A stretch of DNA of 57,482 bases from a virus (IMGVR_UViG_3300003690_002946:1-57482); one strand, 5' to 3'; counted from the first letter of the stretch, positions 35,747 through 46,154 are shown. Program-made: numbers and translations. Notes: a model not told the origin generated them from the letters alone.

Positions 35747-36766
35747 ATGGTTGAGGCTGCCCCTGCGGTTGATGCACCCCCGGACGCACCACCAGCAGAT
35801 GGTGCTGGGAACGCAAGCCCTGGAACGACGTCTGAACGTGCCCATGAGACTATCCGTAAAGGGTTAGCACAGATCATGGGCAAGACCCCAACGACGGTCC
35901 CTACGGAGTCAACTTTAGCGATTGCTGCTCCATCTGAGCCAGAAGTCACGGAGTCTGCGCTGAAAGGAATGTCTGCCCCGCCTGGGCCACAGGCTGCGGC
36001 AGCCCCGGCAGACACAACCGAGACACCGCCGGATGATGTAGCATCCCCGGCTGCACCTGATGCGAGTGAGCCGACTCGCCGCGAGTTGCCCAAAGCGTTT
36101 CGCACGGCCGAATACCAGCGTCTTTATCAAGCTGACCCCAACCTGCGACGGCGGCTGCGTGGCACTTGGTTTGATCCGAACATCTCGGATGATGACAAGG
36201 TTGTGCAGATCGAGCGCCGAGTGCAGCAGGCTCGTTCATCTATGGCCACACTTGAATGGCAAGAACGAGAACGGGGACGCATCCGTAGCCAGCGTGATGT
36301 CTCGGCTGCGGGTGAGCAAGTCCTTGGTGACTGGGAACGTGAAGCACAGGAACAGGCAGATGATGATCGTGTCCAATCGGTTTTGGCTGACGTCCTTGAC
36401 GTTGACCCGACCGATGAGACGTTCGACAACCCTGACCTTGGACCAAATGCAACACGAGAAGAGACTCTGGAGCGCGTCTTTGACAACTTCCTGGATGCAA
36501 GTCCACGGATGCGTGTCAAACTCGCACAAGCCTTAGCGAACCAGGAAGCAACACACGCGGCTGCCTTACAAGCTAAAGATGTGGCACACAAACTAGCCCT
36601 GGGAAACGCCGCGGAGACGGCTCGTGCTGAGATACGAGGTGACACACGCAGCCCACCACCAGTCAATGGTGCACCTGCACCAACTGGTACCCGGCAGCGT
36701 GAGACGCCCACGATGCGGACCGTCCGTGGCAATATCGGGTCTTATCTGCGTAGCCGCGACGCATAG
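35747..36766 (+). CDS. Putative capsid scaffolding protein
   Basis: Disordered A/P/T N-terminus, coiled coil, directly upstream of the capsid gene. Confidence 0.6.
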   Translation: MVEAAPAVDAPPDAPPADGAGNASPGTTSERAHETIRKGLAQIMGKTPTTVPTESTLAIAAPSEPEVTESALKGMSAPPGPQAAAAPADTTETPPDDVASPAAPDASEPTRRELPKAFRTAEYQRLYQADPNLRRRLRGTWFDPNISDDDKVVQIERRVQQARSSMATLEWQERERGRIRSQRDVSAAGEQVLGDWEREAQEQADDDRVQSVLADVLDVDPTDETFDNPDLGPNATREETLERVFDNFLDASPRMRVKLAQALANQEATHAAALQAKDVAHKLALGNAAETARAEIRGDTRSPPPVNGAPAPTGTRQRETPTMRTVRGNIGSYLRSRDA

Positions 36767-36778
36767 GAGTACATTACA

Positions 36779-37810
36779 ATGGCCTGGAGACTTGAAGATG
36801 CAATGGCTAATGAACAAAGCCCATTGCGTCTGGGCCTCTTGGAACAGTTCTGGCTTGAGAGTGCTATCGCATCCTCGTTGCCATTTGAGACCTATAAGCG
36901 ACTTCAGTTTACAGTCACGCGAGTAAACCGACTGGGACTGAGCAAGCCTGGATGGGTTGATATTGGTGAAGGGTATGGCGAGGCAACAATTGGGCTGGAC
37001 ACAATCCAAGAGCAGATGTACAAGCTGGGACGACACATTGATATTCCACTGGAATACACGATGCTCGATGGTGACTTCGTAGACCCAGTGGTCCTCAATG
37101 TCGAAGCAACCTACAAGTCTATGGTGTACGAGTTCAACGAGGGCTTTGTAAATGGCCCAAAGATTATTGGCTTTACCAATCCTACTGAGGACCAGAAGGC
37201 GATGGTTGGCATTGATCGCCGGATTACCGATCTGGTCAATGAAGCTGGTCTTGACGATGCCGTGGTGAGCACCGCAGATAGTGCAGGTAGTCCGCTTGGA
37301 CCACTGGCTACCGCAGCTGAACGAGAAGAAGTATTCTCTGCGATGGACACGGCACTCTACTTCCTTGATGGCAAGGCAGCGGACTTTGGACTTGCAAACA
37401 AGGACTTCTTGTTGTCCTATAACTCTGGCTTACGGAGTTCGGGGGCGTCGGGCGTTGAGGCCTACCTTGGCCACCAGCGGGATCGCCAGAATGTCTGGTA
37501 TGACACGTACAAGAACGTGCCGATCTTCGATGTTGGATTCAAGGCGGACCAGCAAACACAAATCATTGGCAATGATCGCCCGATTGGTGATCTCGATTGC
37601 ATGAACCCTGGCCTTTTCTTCATAAAGACTGGGATGGGCACGCACGTTGGAGCAGTCGAGTTCTCTCCCCTCAACACTCGTGAGGTGAACGAGCTTGAAG
37701 GAACCCCCGTCATGCGGATCAAGATTGACTGGACTCTCGGTCTCTATATCCCGCATGTACGGTCTATGAGCAAGGTTGATGGTATCCAGGCCTTGCTGAC
37801 GGCCACCTAA
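36779..37810 (+). CDS. Major capsid protein
   Basis: 343 aa; FVNG...GIDRR, YKNVPIFD, IDWTLGL patterns of HK97-fold capsids; synteny; downstream hairpin. Confidence 0.8.
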   Translation: MAWRLEDAMANEQSPLRLGLLEQFWLESAIASSLPFETYKRLQFTVTRVNRLGLSKPGWVDIGEGYGEATIGLDTIQEQMYKLGRHIDIPLEYTMLDGDFVDPVVLNVEATYKSMVYEFNEGFVNGPKIIGFTNPTEDQKAMVGIDRRITDLVNEAGLDDAVVSTADSAGSPLGPLATAAEREEVFSAMDTALYFLDGKAADFGLANKDFLLSYNSGLRSSGASGVEAYLGHQRDRQNVWYDTYKNVPIFDVGFKADQQTQIIGNDRPIGDLDCMNPGLFFIKTGMGTHVGAVEFSPLNTREVNELEGTPVMRIKIDWTLGLYIPHVRSMSKVDGIQALLTAT

Positions 37811-37826
37811 GAAAGGGGTGTGAAAG

Positions 37827-38327
37827 ATGCCTGGTGATACGGGTCGCGTTTTCACCGATGGCGTTATCCTTTCGTCGCTGAGCGACTTCCGAGATAACGT
37901 TGTCGTAACGATTACGACGCCTGCACTTACTGATGTGACTCCGGGCCGATACGACAGCAACCTCTTAGCCGAGGTGGTATTCGGCTCGTACACCAACCGT
38001 AACCCTGCCTCTGGTGTGGGTATCTACACGGCACCCACAATGGAAGGGACTGTTCAGGGCGCTGTTGGTGATCCTACAACGGAGGCCAACTGGGGAAATG
38101 TGGCGAGCTTTGGGCTGATCCGCCCGCATGTGCCTTCGGGCAGTACGGGTGCGAACACTCCGGCTAACCCCATCTTCTCCAACCGTTACCAAGCCCGTTT
38201 CCAGCATGGGGTGTACACCAACTGGCGCTTGAGGTTCACTTATACGGGTTCGTACCCGGACTTTGGTAATTTCCAGGGCCGACTCCTAGCTGGTGGCTGG
38301 CGTGCACGTGAGGTCTTCCCCGCCTAA
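37827..38327 (+). CDS. Putative capsid decoration/minor protein
   Basis: Beta-rich, T/S/G-rich, same unit as the capsid gene. Confidence 0.5.
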   Translation: MPGDTGRVFTDGVILSSLSDFRDNVVVTITTPALTDVTPGRYDSNLLAEVVFGSYTNRNPASGVGIYTAPTMEGTVQGAVGDPTTEANWGNVASFGLIRPHVPSGSTGANTPANPIFSNRYQARFQHGVYTNWRLRFTYTGSYPDFGNFQGRLLAGGWRAREVFPA

Positions 38328-38349
38328 GTAGGGGATGCTGAGTAGACCA

Positions 38350-38378
38350 GGGCAGGAGGTGTGACCCACCTCCTGCCC
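38350..38378 (+). terminator. Hairpin after head genes
   Basis: GGGCAGGAGGTG-tgacc-CACCTCCTGCCC, 12-bp stem, no U tract. Confidence 0.55.
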
Positions 38379-38398
38379 ACCATCTATAAGGAGAGCGT

Positions 38399-39469
38399 GT
38401 GGGCAAGCAGCAGATTGTACAACTGCCCAACCAGTTGATAGCACAGGGTCTTGACTGGGCAATGGGTCAGCGGATAGTCCAGCTGGAAGCAGAGAACAAG
38501 AAGCTCAAAGAGAAAGCGACAGGAGCGCCAAGCGATGACCGTCCGAGTGCAGTGGTTGGTATTCCCTGCACCAGCTCGGTCCCAACACCGTTCTTTGACT
38601 CGATGATGATGGCCATGCGGGACTGGCGCATCCGGCTGTGGCCCATCACGGTCCCGAACACAACGATCCACCTAGCCCGTGATGAGCTAATCACCACGGT
38701 ACGAGACAAGGTGAAGGATGCGGACTTCCTGATCATGGTTGACTCGGACCAGATATTCACCATCCAGACGATCATGCGGTTGATGGCATGGAATGTCCCG
38801 GTGGTGGCACCCGTGATCGTGCAGCGCATGGGCGACCCTATCCCAGTCAACTACAACGAGATACGACAGAACGCAGACACAGGCGTGTGGGAATACGAGA
38901 GCATGTCGGGACCGCTTGCTGCCTACCTCCATCGCTATGACCCAAAGGTATGGCAGCCGTATGGCGTGCAGACTATCCCAGCGGAGCCTGACTTTCCTGA
39001 CCGGATCATGCCGGGTACGCCGGATGATGTGCTCCGGGCTTTGGGTTTCCCGCTCCACCCGGTAGATGCAGTGGGCTGTGGGATGATCTGCATCCGGCGT
39101 GATGTGCTGGAGAGCATGGAGCGGGACTCGAAGGGGCGCTGGTGCTCATTCGATGATGGGGGCGAGGACTTTGACTTGTGCCGACGCATCCGTGCAGCGG
39201 GCTGGGGTGGAAGCAAGCCGGGCACACGTGGCCCAGGTATCTTTGTGGACCGTGGCAACCTAATTGGGCACCTGACGTACTACACCCGTGGTGTGGATGA
39301 CTTCCTCAACATGCTGGAGAACCGCAATGCGGTCAAGGACGATACGGCTGGCCCAGTGGTTCCCAACATGCTGTCAGAGCTGGTGAAGCAGAACGGGCAC
39401 ATCCCAGCTGATCCATCCAAGTGGCCTGTAGCTCAGTGGCAGGAGACGCAACTCCCTGTGGATGCCTAA
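38399..39469 (+). CDS. GT-A (GT2-like) glycosyltransferase within the structural module
   Basis: VVGIP, MVDSDQ (DxD), GCGMICIRRDV, GEDFDLC, IGH. Confidence 0.82.
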   Translation: MGKQQIVQLPNQLIAQGLDWAMGQRIVQLEAENKKLKEKATGAPSDDRPSAVVGIPCTSSVPTPFFDSMMMAMRDWRIRLWPITVPNTTIHLARDELITTVRDKVKDADFLIMVDSDQIFTIQTIMRLMAWNVPVVAPVIVQRMGDPIPVNYNEIRQNADTGVWEYESMSGPLAAYLHRYDPKVWQPYGVQTIPAEPDFPDRIMPGTPDDVLRALGFPLHPVDAVGCGMICIRRDVLESMERDSKGRWCSFDDGGEDFDLCRRIRAAGWGGSKPGTRGPGIFVDRGNLIGHLTYYTRGVDDFLNMLENRNAVKDDTAGPVVPNMLSELVKQNGHIPADPSKWPVAQWQETQLPVDA

Positions 39470-39472
39470 CTA

Positions 39473-40366
39473 ATGGCACAAGACTTCCACGCAATTCTCC
39501 AGCGTGTTGCCAGCGACCTCCGGTTGCTGGGCGATGATGCAATCCTGTCGCGGTCGGTGACGGGTGTTGGTGCGGGCCTTACCGCCTACACGGACACGGG
39601 TCTGGCCACCATCACCAATGACCAGCGTCTGATTGGGCGCAAGGTCTATCCCTGGACTGGCCCCAATGCCGAGCAAGAGCGGCTGATCTACTCAGCCCAA
39701 GGGTTCGTTGGCGAGTTCTTTGTGAACCCAGCGTTTGACAATGCAGCGACAACGGACACGCAATACTATGTGTTCCGTGACTTCTCTTATAGTGACTGGC
39801 TGGACTTTGCCAACTCAACTTGTCGGTCGCTGATGTATGAAGGGCAGGTGCGACTCCGTGGCGTGACAGACCTCGTGCAGTACACGCTGCCCACACCGAT
39901 TAGCGACTATAACCAGATACATGCGGTGCACATTGAGAAGTTCCCGCAACGGTGGAGCCAAAACTACACGGACCATGACATCCAGTGGTACGATGTGGGA
40001 CGCCGCAACCCAGCGGGCGACCTCTACATGGCTTTGCGCCATGCCGTAACTGCCTCAGCCCAATTTGTTTTTGACATCCGGGCGCCATTCCTTCAACCTC
40101 ATATGAGTGCATTTACCATGACTCGTTCCGCACTCATCCCGTTTGGGGAAACAACTGAGGCGGCAATGAACCTGGACTGGCTGGTGAGTGGGATGGTGTG
40201 GAGAGCACTGGACCAGAAGCTGGGCAGCCTGAGTGGGCAAGCACTGGAGCTGTGGACCAGACGGTGGGAGCAGGCATCGAGGCGTCATGCCCATAACTGC
40301 AAGCGCCTGGGTGTGGCACGAGTGGGCTTGAGGCTGGGCTATACCGAGGGACGGGAATACCCGTGA
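39473..40366 (+). CDS. Putative head-tail adaptor/tail protein
   Basis: WLDFAN..C, QYTLP patterns; synteny. Confidence 0.5.
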   Translation: MAQDFHAILQRVASDLRLLGDDAILSRSVTGVGAGLTAYTDTGLATITNDQRLIGRKVYPWTGPNAEQERLIYSAQGFVGEFFVNPAFDNAATTDTQYYVFRDFSYSDWLDFANSTCRSLMYEGQVRLRGVTDLVQYTLPTPISDYNQIHAVHIEKFPQRWSQNYTDHDIQWYDVGRRNPAGDLYMALRHAVTASAQFVFDIRAPFLQPHMSAFTMTRSALIPFGETTEAAMNLDWLVSGMVWRALDQKLGSLSGQALELWTRRWEQASRRHAHNCKRLGVARVGLRLGYTEGREYP

Positions 40367-40686
40367 GCGAGGGTATTCGCTACACGACAACCACCCGGAG
40401 TGGTGGCATACTGCTGAGGGGTGGGCGCTTGCTCCCCAGTCGGCTGGTGGCTTGGACCGAGAGCAACCACGCGATCCTGTTTGACCATACACGGTATCCA
40501 CAGCATCCGATTGGCGCCTATGTCGCACCCGTGGATGGAGCGTCAGAGCTGCACCCACCACCTCCCTATGCCGTGACGTTGGAGCGCGGTCTGTATGTCA
40601 GCTTTTCAACAGAGGGCCACCAGGATCGTGGTGGTCGGATGCTGATTGGCTTTGAGCAAGCAGGCCAGGCGGGGAGCAGAATCTAA
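40363..40686 (+). CDS. Hypothetical virion protein
   Basis: GTGA coupling; GLYV motif. Confidence 0.55.
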   Translation: MSEGIRYTTTTRSGGILLRGGRLLPSRLVAWTESNHAILFDHTRYPQHPIGAYVAPVDGASELHPPPPYAVTLERGLYVSFSTEGHQDRGGRMLIGFEQAGQAGSRI

Positions 40687-40687
40687 G

Positions 40688-42739
40688 ATGCCAACCACAG
40701 TACAGCTTGGCGCCAATATGTACCGCGTGGCTGAGGATGATGATGGCAAGCTGCAATACAAGGAGATTTCGCTGCCGTTCTTCCCGCCTCAGATACTCGG
40801 AGAAGATGTGACCGAGGGTGTATGGCCACCAGAGGGCCGGGTGCCATACACCTTTCGTGATCTGTCTGATGGCTTTGGTCAAGGAGAAGTACCACTGAGC
40901 GGACCGAACACGAAGTATGACCGCATTGGAGATGCTACTGGCGAGGGCGTGGATGCGAGCCTCACCCCGGATGGCCCGATTATTCTTGGTCCGAAGCGCA
41001 ACATTGGAAACTTTAGTAGCTTTGCCGCGGCCGGATATGTGACCAACAATCTCCGTGGTGTATTGAAGCTGGGCGGGGACAGCAAGACGTACTTTGCAAT
41101 GGGGCGGTCTGTCGTGTCTTGGGATGGCGCCAACTTTGTGGAAGTCAACACAGGCGGTGCGTTGCTTCCTGTTGGCTCTAACCCGTCTGATGCCATTATT
41201 GCGTACCGGGGAGTGCAGTCCGCGACGCATTGGTATGTCCCACGTGGCTACAGTGCCACGGTCTACTACTCAACGGATAGCGGTGCAACCTGGACTGAGA
41301 TTGCCTCAGTTGCAGACTTCCAGAATGTCAAGAGCGCAATTATTATTGATGGCGAGGTGATCTTTGCCCGTGCCAGTGAGTTTGGGGCAGGGAACGCCCA
41401 GATAGCACGATTCAACGATGGTGGCACCAACCCAGTATCCTTTGGGCGCATAGACCCTATTGGCGACCCTAACTTTGATATTACCCGGCTGATGGCCTTC
41501 CACGGCAGGGTGGTGATCCTCAAGGAGGGGGAAGGGCTGTTCCTGTTGGCCAGTGATCGGAACACACTGTCTCAGCAATTGCTTCCCGAACTGATTGACT
41601 CCGGGAAGCAAGGGTTTGACCCACCCACCTTCTTGTTTGGCGCAACCGTGTGGCGAGGCATCCTGTGGATACCAACGCTTGCAGGTGTGATTGCTATATC
41701 CCCAGACTATTCCTACGAGTTTGCCGGGCCAGAGCAGGTGATGCGTGGCGCTTCACACAGCTTGAGTATTCGAGGGCACATACAAGCTCTTGCGGGTGAC
41801 GACTACAATCTGTATGGCTACATGGACTCGTCTGGTGTGGGCTGGCTTTGGAAAGCCAATGTGGATGTGAGTGGTGGGCGTATCCGTGAGATTGTGTGGC
41901 ATCCCATTCAGCATGGCGAGGGCAACATCATCGTGGAACATGCTGTGGTGGTAAATCCTGCGGGGGCAGACTCTGGTGATGGCTACCCTGCGCTCTTGAT
42001 GGACTCGCAACACTCCGGCGTTAACCGTGTCTACTATTGGCGTTTGCCACGCTATGGGCGTGATCCACGATCAGACAGTCTCTATGAATACTGCGACAAG
42101 GGCACGATATATTTCTCTCGCAATACGGCTCGGTTCCCAGGGATCAACAAGGTCTTTCTGGGCACCACGCCACTCGCTGCGGACCTAGGGCGTGAGCTGG
42201 ATGGACAGACCGCAACGGACAAGCTCAAAATACAGAACCGCTACAAGCTGGACACCACGCCGCTGACTGCCAGCACACCCTTTGGTTACACCGAGGCAAC
42301 CGCTCAGACATCGGGTGTTGGTGCCCGCGATGCGATTGACCTGCGTGGTCGTGGCCTTGATACTGCCATCCGGCTGGAGCAGTCCGATGCGAACGATGAC
42401 CAGACACCACAGCTCAATGCTTCTACCCTGGACTATGTGCTCCAGCCGAATGACATCTCTCGCTTCGAGATGGTGTTGGACCTGACCCAGGGTGCGGTAG
42501 CTGCCGATGGTTCCTCGCCTGGCGTTAGTCCAATGACCCCTGCCCAGGCTAAGATTGAATTACGAACGCTGCGTGGTGGCGACCAGGTGGTCTTCACTGA
42601 TCCCTGGGGCTTGAAGGTGAACGTGACGGTCCCTGTGGATGGCGTGATAATTGAGCCGATGCCACCACAAGGGAACGAACCACACGAGGAAGTACCGTTC
42701 CTGGCTCATGTGACGATAATTGAACAGAGTGCGGCCTAG
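40688..42739 (+). CDS. Putative tail nozzle/hub protein (beta-propeller-like)
   Basis: Beta-rich, Asp-box STDSGATW; size and position typical of short-tailed phages. Confidence 0.6.
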   Translation: MPTTVQLGANMYRVAEDDDGKLQYKEISLPFFPPQILGEDVTEGVWPPEGRVPYTFRDLSDGFGQGEVPLSGPNTKYDRIGDATGEGVDASLTPDGPIILGPKRNIGNFSSFAAAGYVTNNLRGVLKLGGDSKTYFAMGRSVVSWDGANFVEVNTGGALLPVGSNPSDAIIAYRGVQSATHWYVPRGYSATVYYSTDSGATWTEIASVADFQNVKSAIIIDGEVIFARASEFGAGNAQIARFNDGGTNPVSFGRIDPIGDPNFDITRLMAFHGRVVILKEGEGLFLLASDRNTLSQQLLPELIDSGKQGFDPPTFLFGATVWRGILWIPTLAGVIAISPDYSYEFAGPEQVMRGASHSLSIRGHIQALAGDDYNLYGYMDSSGVGWLWKANVDVSGGRIREIVWHPIQHGEGNIIVEHAVVVNPAGADSGDGYPALLMDSQHSGVNRVYYWRLPRYGRDPRSDSLYEYCDKGTIYFSRNTARFPGINKVFLGTTPLAADLGRELDGQTATDKLKIQNRYKLDTTPLTASTPFGYTEATAQTSGVGARDAIDLRGRGLDTAIRLEQSDANDDQTPQLNASTLDYVLQPNDISRFEMVLDLTQGAVAADGSSPGVSPMTPAQAKIELRTLRGGDQVVFTDPWGLKVNVTVPVDGVIIEPMPPQGNEPHEEVPFLAHVTIIEQSAA

Positions 42740-42750
42740 AGGAGACGATC

Positions 42751-43299
42751 ATGCCTGATGCAACGATGTTCGCGTACAGCAATACCCAAGGGCAAAAGGG
42801 CGTGGTGCCCGTGGTTGCTGATGTGGAGTATGGCGAGCTGGTACGGCCACACACCAAGAGCATCTTCATCTCGCGGCCTGGCCTTGGGCTGTCAACGGCC
42901 CAATACGCAGCGAATGATACGTTTGGGCCTCGGATGATCTTTACCGATGCAGTGCGGAGCGTTGATGGTGCGGGTATCATCCAAACATCCACGCTCCAGT
43001 TCATGGATACCGAGACACCAACGATTGATCTCTACCTGTTCCGCGAAGATGTCACGCCTGTTGGCGACAACGCAGCCTATGGGCCAACCGATGCAGACCT
43101 GCGTAAGTGCATTGGTGTTCTGAGACATGACACCTGGCGGCAGACCACTGCTCAAGGTATCTCAACTGTTGTAGGGATTGCTCAAGCGTTCTCCACATCG
43201 GGCGGGCGCAACCTCTATGGCCAGATGGCCACACGTGACCAGCTTACACTCGGCACGACGAATGATGTGAGTGTTGAGCTGGTTATCCTCCAGGACTAA
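42751..43299 (+). CDS. Hypothetical virion protein
   Basis: GAGGAG SD; beta-rich. Confidence 0.6.
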   Translation: MPDATMFAYSNTQGQKGVVPVVADVEYGELVRPHTKSIFISRPGLGLSTAQYAANDTFGPRMIFTDAVRSVDGAGIIQTSTLQFMDTETPTIDLYLFREDVTPVGDNAAYGPTDADLRKCIGVLRHDTWRQTTAQGISTVVGIAQAFSTSGGRNLYGQMATRDQLTLGTTNDVSVELVILQD

Positions 43300-43305
43300 A
43301 AGCAT

Positions 43306-44124
43306 ATGCTATATCAGCCTCGCCGCGAGTTGTGGACGCCGCGCCATCGGTGGGATGTACCGCTGCCGGGGCATTCCCAACCACGCTACTACCACAGGAT
43401 CGGACCGCGACGGGTAATACTGCTGGGCGGAGCAGTGCCTGCGGCGGTGGCGAGTACTAACGAATATAACGATGCGGTCGAGGCGCTTAGTCCTCTGCGC
43501 TGGTTCAAGATGGATGAAGACCTCGCAGACACTACGATTATCGACAGCGGCTCGACCGGAATTGATGGTACCGAGGTGGGCAGTCCCGACCCTCAACAGT
43601 CATGGACTAGCTCAACTGACATCACCAGAGCGATAAACTTCGTTAGCACCGAACACTACGACATTGGCGACGATCCGGACTTCGACGATACCGATACGTT
43701 CTCGATCATTGCCTGGATCAAGCCTTCCACCGATGGGGTGATAGACACTATTCTGGGCAAGCTCGATGGTGCTACGACTGGCTGGATGTTCTACCGCGTT
43801 GGCAATAAACTCACATTCCAGGTCTGCAATGGTGGCAGTTGTAGTGCGGGAGCAGCAGACACGGTCTTTCTGCTAGACACACAGAATTTCGTCGGCATGA
43901 CCCACTCGGCAGGGAGGGAGGTTACTTTCTACCTGAACGCATCTGCCGATGGTGGATACACCCATTCCAGCAAGTCCATCCTCAACGATGCTGATGCTCA
44001 GATCGGCACTGATGGTCGCAGTGCATCTGGATTTGACGGCCTCATTACGCAACTGGCTATATTCGATACGGTACTCAGCGAGGCCAATATGACCAATCTC
44101 AACAATCTAGGAATAGCCGGGTGA
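43306..44124 (+). CDS. LamG/concanavalin-A-like domain protein (possible receptor binding)
   Basis: WFKMDE, FSIIAWIKP, TFYLN, FDGLITQLAIFDTVLS. Confidence 0.82.
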   Translation: MLYQPRRELWTPRHRWDVPLPGHSQPRYYHRIGPRRVILLGGAVPAAVASTNEYNDAVEALSPLRWFKMDEDLADTTIIDSGSTGIDGTEVGSPDPQQSWTSSTDITRAINFVSTEHYDIGDDPDFDDTDTFSIIAWIKPSTDGVIDTILGKLDGATTGWMFYRVGNKLTFQVCNGGSCSAGAADTVFLLDTQNFVGMTHSAGREVTFYLNASADGGYTHSSKSILNDADAQIGTDGRSASGFDGLITQLAIFDTVLSEANMTNLNNLGIAG

Positions 44125-44477
44125 TGTACGATCAAACAGCAAAGCATGATGGCCAGCACGACCACCTCTTTGTGGTCATGCCTAGTCGTGATGAGGCCGC
44201 AATAGTGGCGATTATAAACCAGCGGCTGGAGACCCGTTACGCTGCGTCCGAGATATGTTTGAGCCGCAGCAACGATGACACCCAATGCCATATCGCGATC
44301 CCGCGTGATGTGCGTGCGGGTGAACGTGACGAGCGCACCGAGGCCATTGGAGCACTGGTAGGCGATCTTGACGCTGCCGGATTTCTCGTTCCCCAACGCA
44401 CTGATGATGCAGGGAAGAGGGTGGTGCTGGGCACTGCCAATTGGCGGACAGTGGCGTATGGGGTAGATGATGGATGA
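44121..44477 (+). CDS. Hypothetical protein
   Basis: Coupled to neighbours. Confidence 0.55.
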   Translation: MMYDQTAKHDGQHDHLFVVMPSRDEAAIVAIINQRLETRYAASEICLSRSNDDTQCHIAIPRDVRAGERDERTEAIGALVGDLDAAGFLVPQRTDDAGKRVVLGTANWRTVAYGVDDG

Positions 44478-44874
44478 ACAGACCTGGACCAGCATCAAGT
44501 GGGGCACCCGCGGGCTGGGTGGCGTAGGCGTATTAATGCTGGACATATGGGCAGGGTGGAATCCGATCTTCCAGCTCCTGGTGGGGCTGGTTATTGCCGA
44601 TATTGCCAGTGGTGTGCTGGCGGGTGTGATCGAGCGCAAGATTTCATCTGATGCCACGTTCCGGGGCATGGCCCGCAAGGGCCTCATGCTCATCATCGTT
44701 GGTGTGGCAGCGTTTGTCGGGAGCACGGTCGAACTCCCGCTGCTGCCCCTCGTGGCTGGGTTCTACTGCGGACACGAGGGCCTGAGCATCTTTGAGAACG
44801 CGGTCCGCGTGGGCTTGCCAGTCCCAGCGATCCTGCGGGATGTGCTGCTCAAGCTCCAGTCCAAGACTGACTGA
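44467..44874 (+). CDS. Holin (phage holin 4 family)
   Basis: TM segments; DIASG, ISS...RG..RK, EGLSIFEN...GLPVP. Confidence 0.9.
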   Translation: MMDEQTWTSIKWGTRGLGGVGVLMLDIWAGWNPIFQLLVGLVIADIASGVLAGVIERKISSDATFRGMARKGLMLIIVGVAAFVGSTVELPLLPLVAGFYCGHEGLSIFENAVRVGLPVPAILRDVLLKLQSKTD

Positions 44875-45311
44875 TGGGCGCGGACACGCAAGACATAGAA
44901 CTCCCCGCTCGCAGCTTCCTAGCCTTCTGGCAGCCACGAATGGTCCCTGAGTGGACTGTGACTCTGCGTCTTGCGGTGCTCTCCGAGGACCAGGGCTATA
45001 CCAGCGTTACGTCTTATGCACGGACGCGGCAAGCGTGTATCACTATTGACCCACAGCAGTTTGCTTCCCCAGCCTTATACGATCATGGCCAGACCACCGA
45101 CGAACGGATGGAGTACGGGATGGTGCATGAGTTGTGCCATCTGATAGGCGCACGGAGTAGCAACCAGATTGCAGGGGAGGTGCGATGGCTCGTAGGTGAA
45201 GAGGGCCTCGTTGGTGCAGGTATCAGGAGCAGCCTGATTGAGTACGAGGAAGACTGGGTGAGTGTGGTGGCTGGTATTCTGATAGCGTTGCGAAAGGCTG
45301 GAGGATTGTGA
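44874..45311 (+). CDS. HExxH zinc-metalloprotease-like protein
   Basis: MVHELCHL with downstream EE. Confidence 0.6.
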   Translation: MGADTQDIELPARSFLAFWQPRMVPEWTVTLRLAVLSEDQGYTSVTSYARTRQACITIDPQQFASPALYDHGQTTDERMEYGMVHELCHLIGARSSNQIAGEVRWLVGEEGLVGAGIRSSLIEYEEDWVSVVAGILIALRKAGGL

Positions 45312-46096
45312 TCGTTATCCTGGTCCCTGGGCACAGCGGCCCTCGTGAAGTAGGCGCAGCGTTAGAGAGGGAATGGTGCGGGCAGCTCTGCGATAAAATA
45401 TACCACCGCCTCGACGATGCAGGTGTAGCCTCAGTGACGTGTCAGTCGTGGCTCAACACGGCGGTACCAGCGTTAGTGAAGGCGCCAGAGCGGGCCATGC
45501 TCGTGGCTCACTACGATGGGGCCATTCCTGGCGCTACAGGCTACTGGGGGGACATAAGCCGACGGCACCACGATAGCCCATCGCTGCTGCTCCTGGCCGC
45601 CTGGGAGAGCACCTATGCTGCGTTAGGGCTGCCGTACACGCCGCACCGACGTACCAGGAACACGGGATGGTTTTATGGCTGGCAGGGAGCGCATCTAGCT
45701 ACACCACGGATCATTGTCGAGCATGGCTTTGGTGCAGGCGAGGACCACGACCTCCTGCACGACAATATCGAGCGGGTGGCGGACCTCGACGCCGACGCGA
45801 TCCTGTTGTTTCTAGGCAAGAGCAGCGGTAGTCTGGGTGGCCTGCGGGCGGAGCTGGCCACGGCTGCATCCGAGCGGGGTCAGCTAAGGAACGAGCTGGG
45901 TGATGTTGCATCCGAGCGGGATCAGCTAAGGAACGAGCTGGGTGCGGCGTTTGACCTCAAGATGGCCATGCAAGAGATGCTCAAGCGGTTGATTGTTAAT
46001 CCTGGATACAAGCCACAGGCTGAGGCGTGGTACCATCAAGCCGTGACTCTGAACCGCTGGTCTGAGATGCGGGACCAGGACATACTGGTGCCTTGA
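45308..46096 (+). CDS. Endolysin, N-acetylmuramoyl-L-alanine amidase (Amidase_3-like) with coiled-coil tail
   Basis: ILVPGH..E, HYDG, IIVEHG; next to holin; 42-nt repeats at 45851/45893/45935. Confidence 0.75.
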   Translation: MIVILVPGHSGPREVGAALEREWCGQLCDKIYHRLDDAGVASVTCQSWLNTAVPALVKAPERAMLVAHYDGAIPGATGYWGDISRRHHDSPSLLLLAAWESTYAALGLPYTPHRRTRNTGWFYGWQGAHLATPRIIVEHGFGAGEDHDLLHDNIERVADLDADAILLFLGKSSGSLGGLRAELATAASERGQLRNELGDVASERDQLRNELGAAFDLKMAMQEMLKRLIVNPGYKPQAEAWYHQAVTLNRWSEMRDQDILVP

Positions 46097-46126
46097 GTGT
46101 GGCAGGGTAAGAAGAGCCAACACAAC

Positions 46127-46154
46127 AGCCTCAGACGATACACCGTCTGAGGCT
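46127..46154 (+). terminator. Hairpin after lysis genes
   Basis: AGCCTCAGACG-atacac-CGTCTGAGGCT. Confidence 0.5.
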
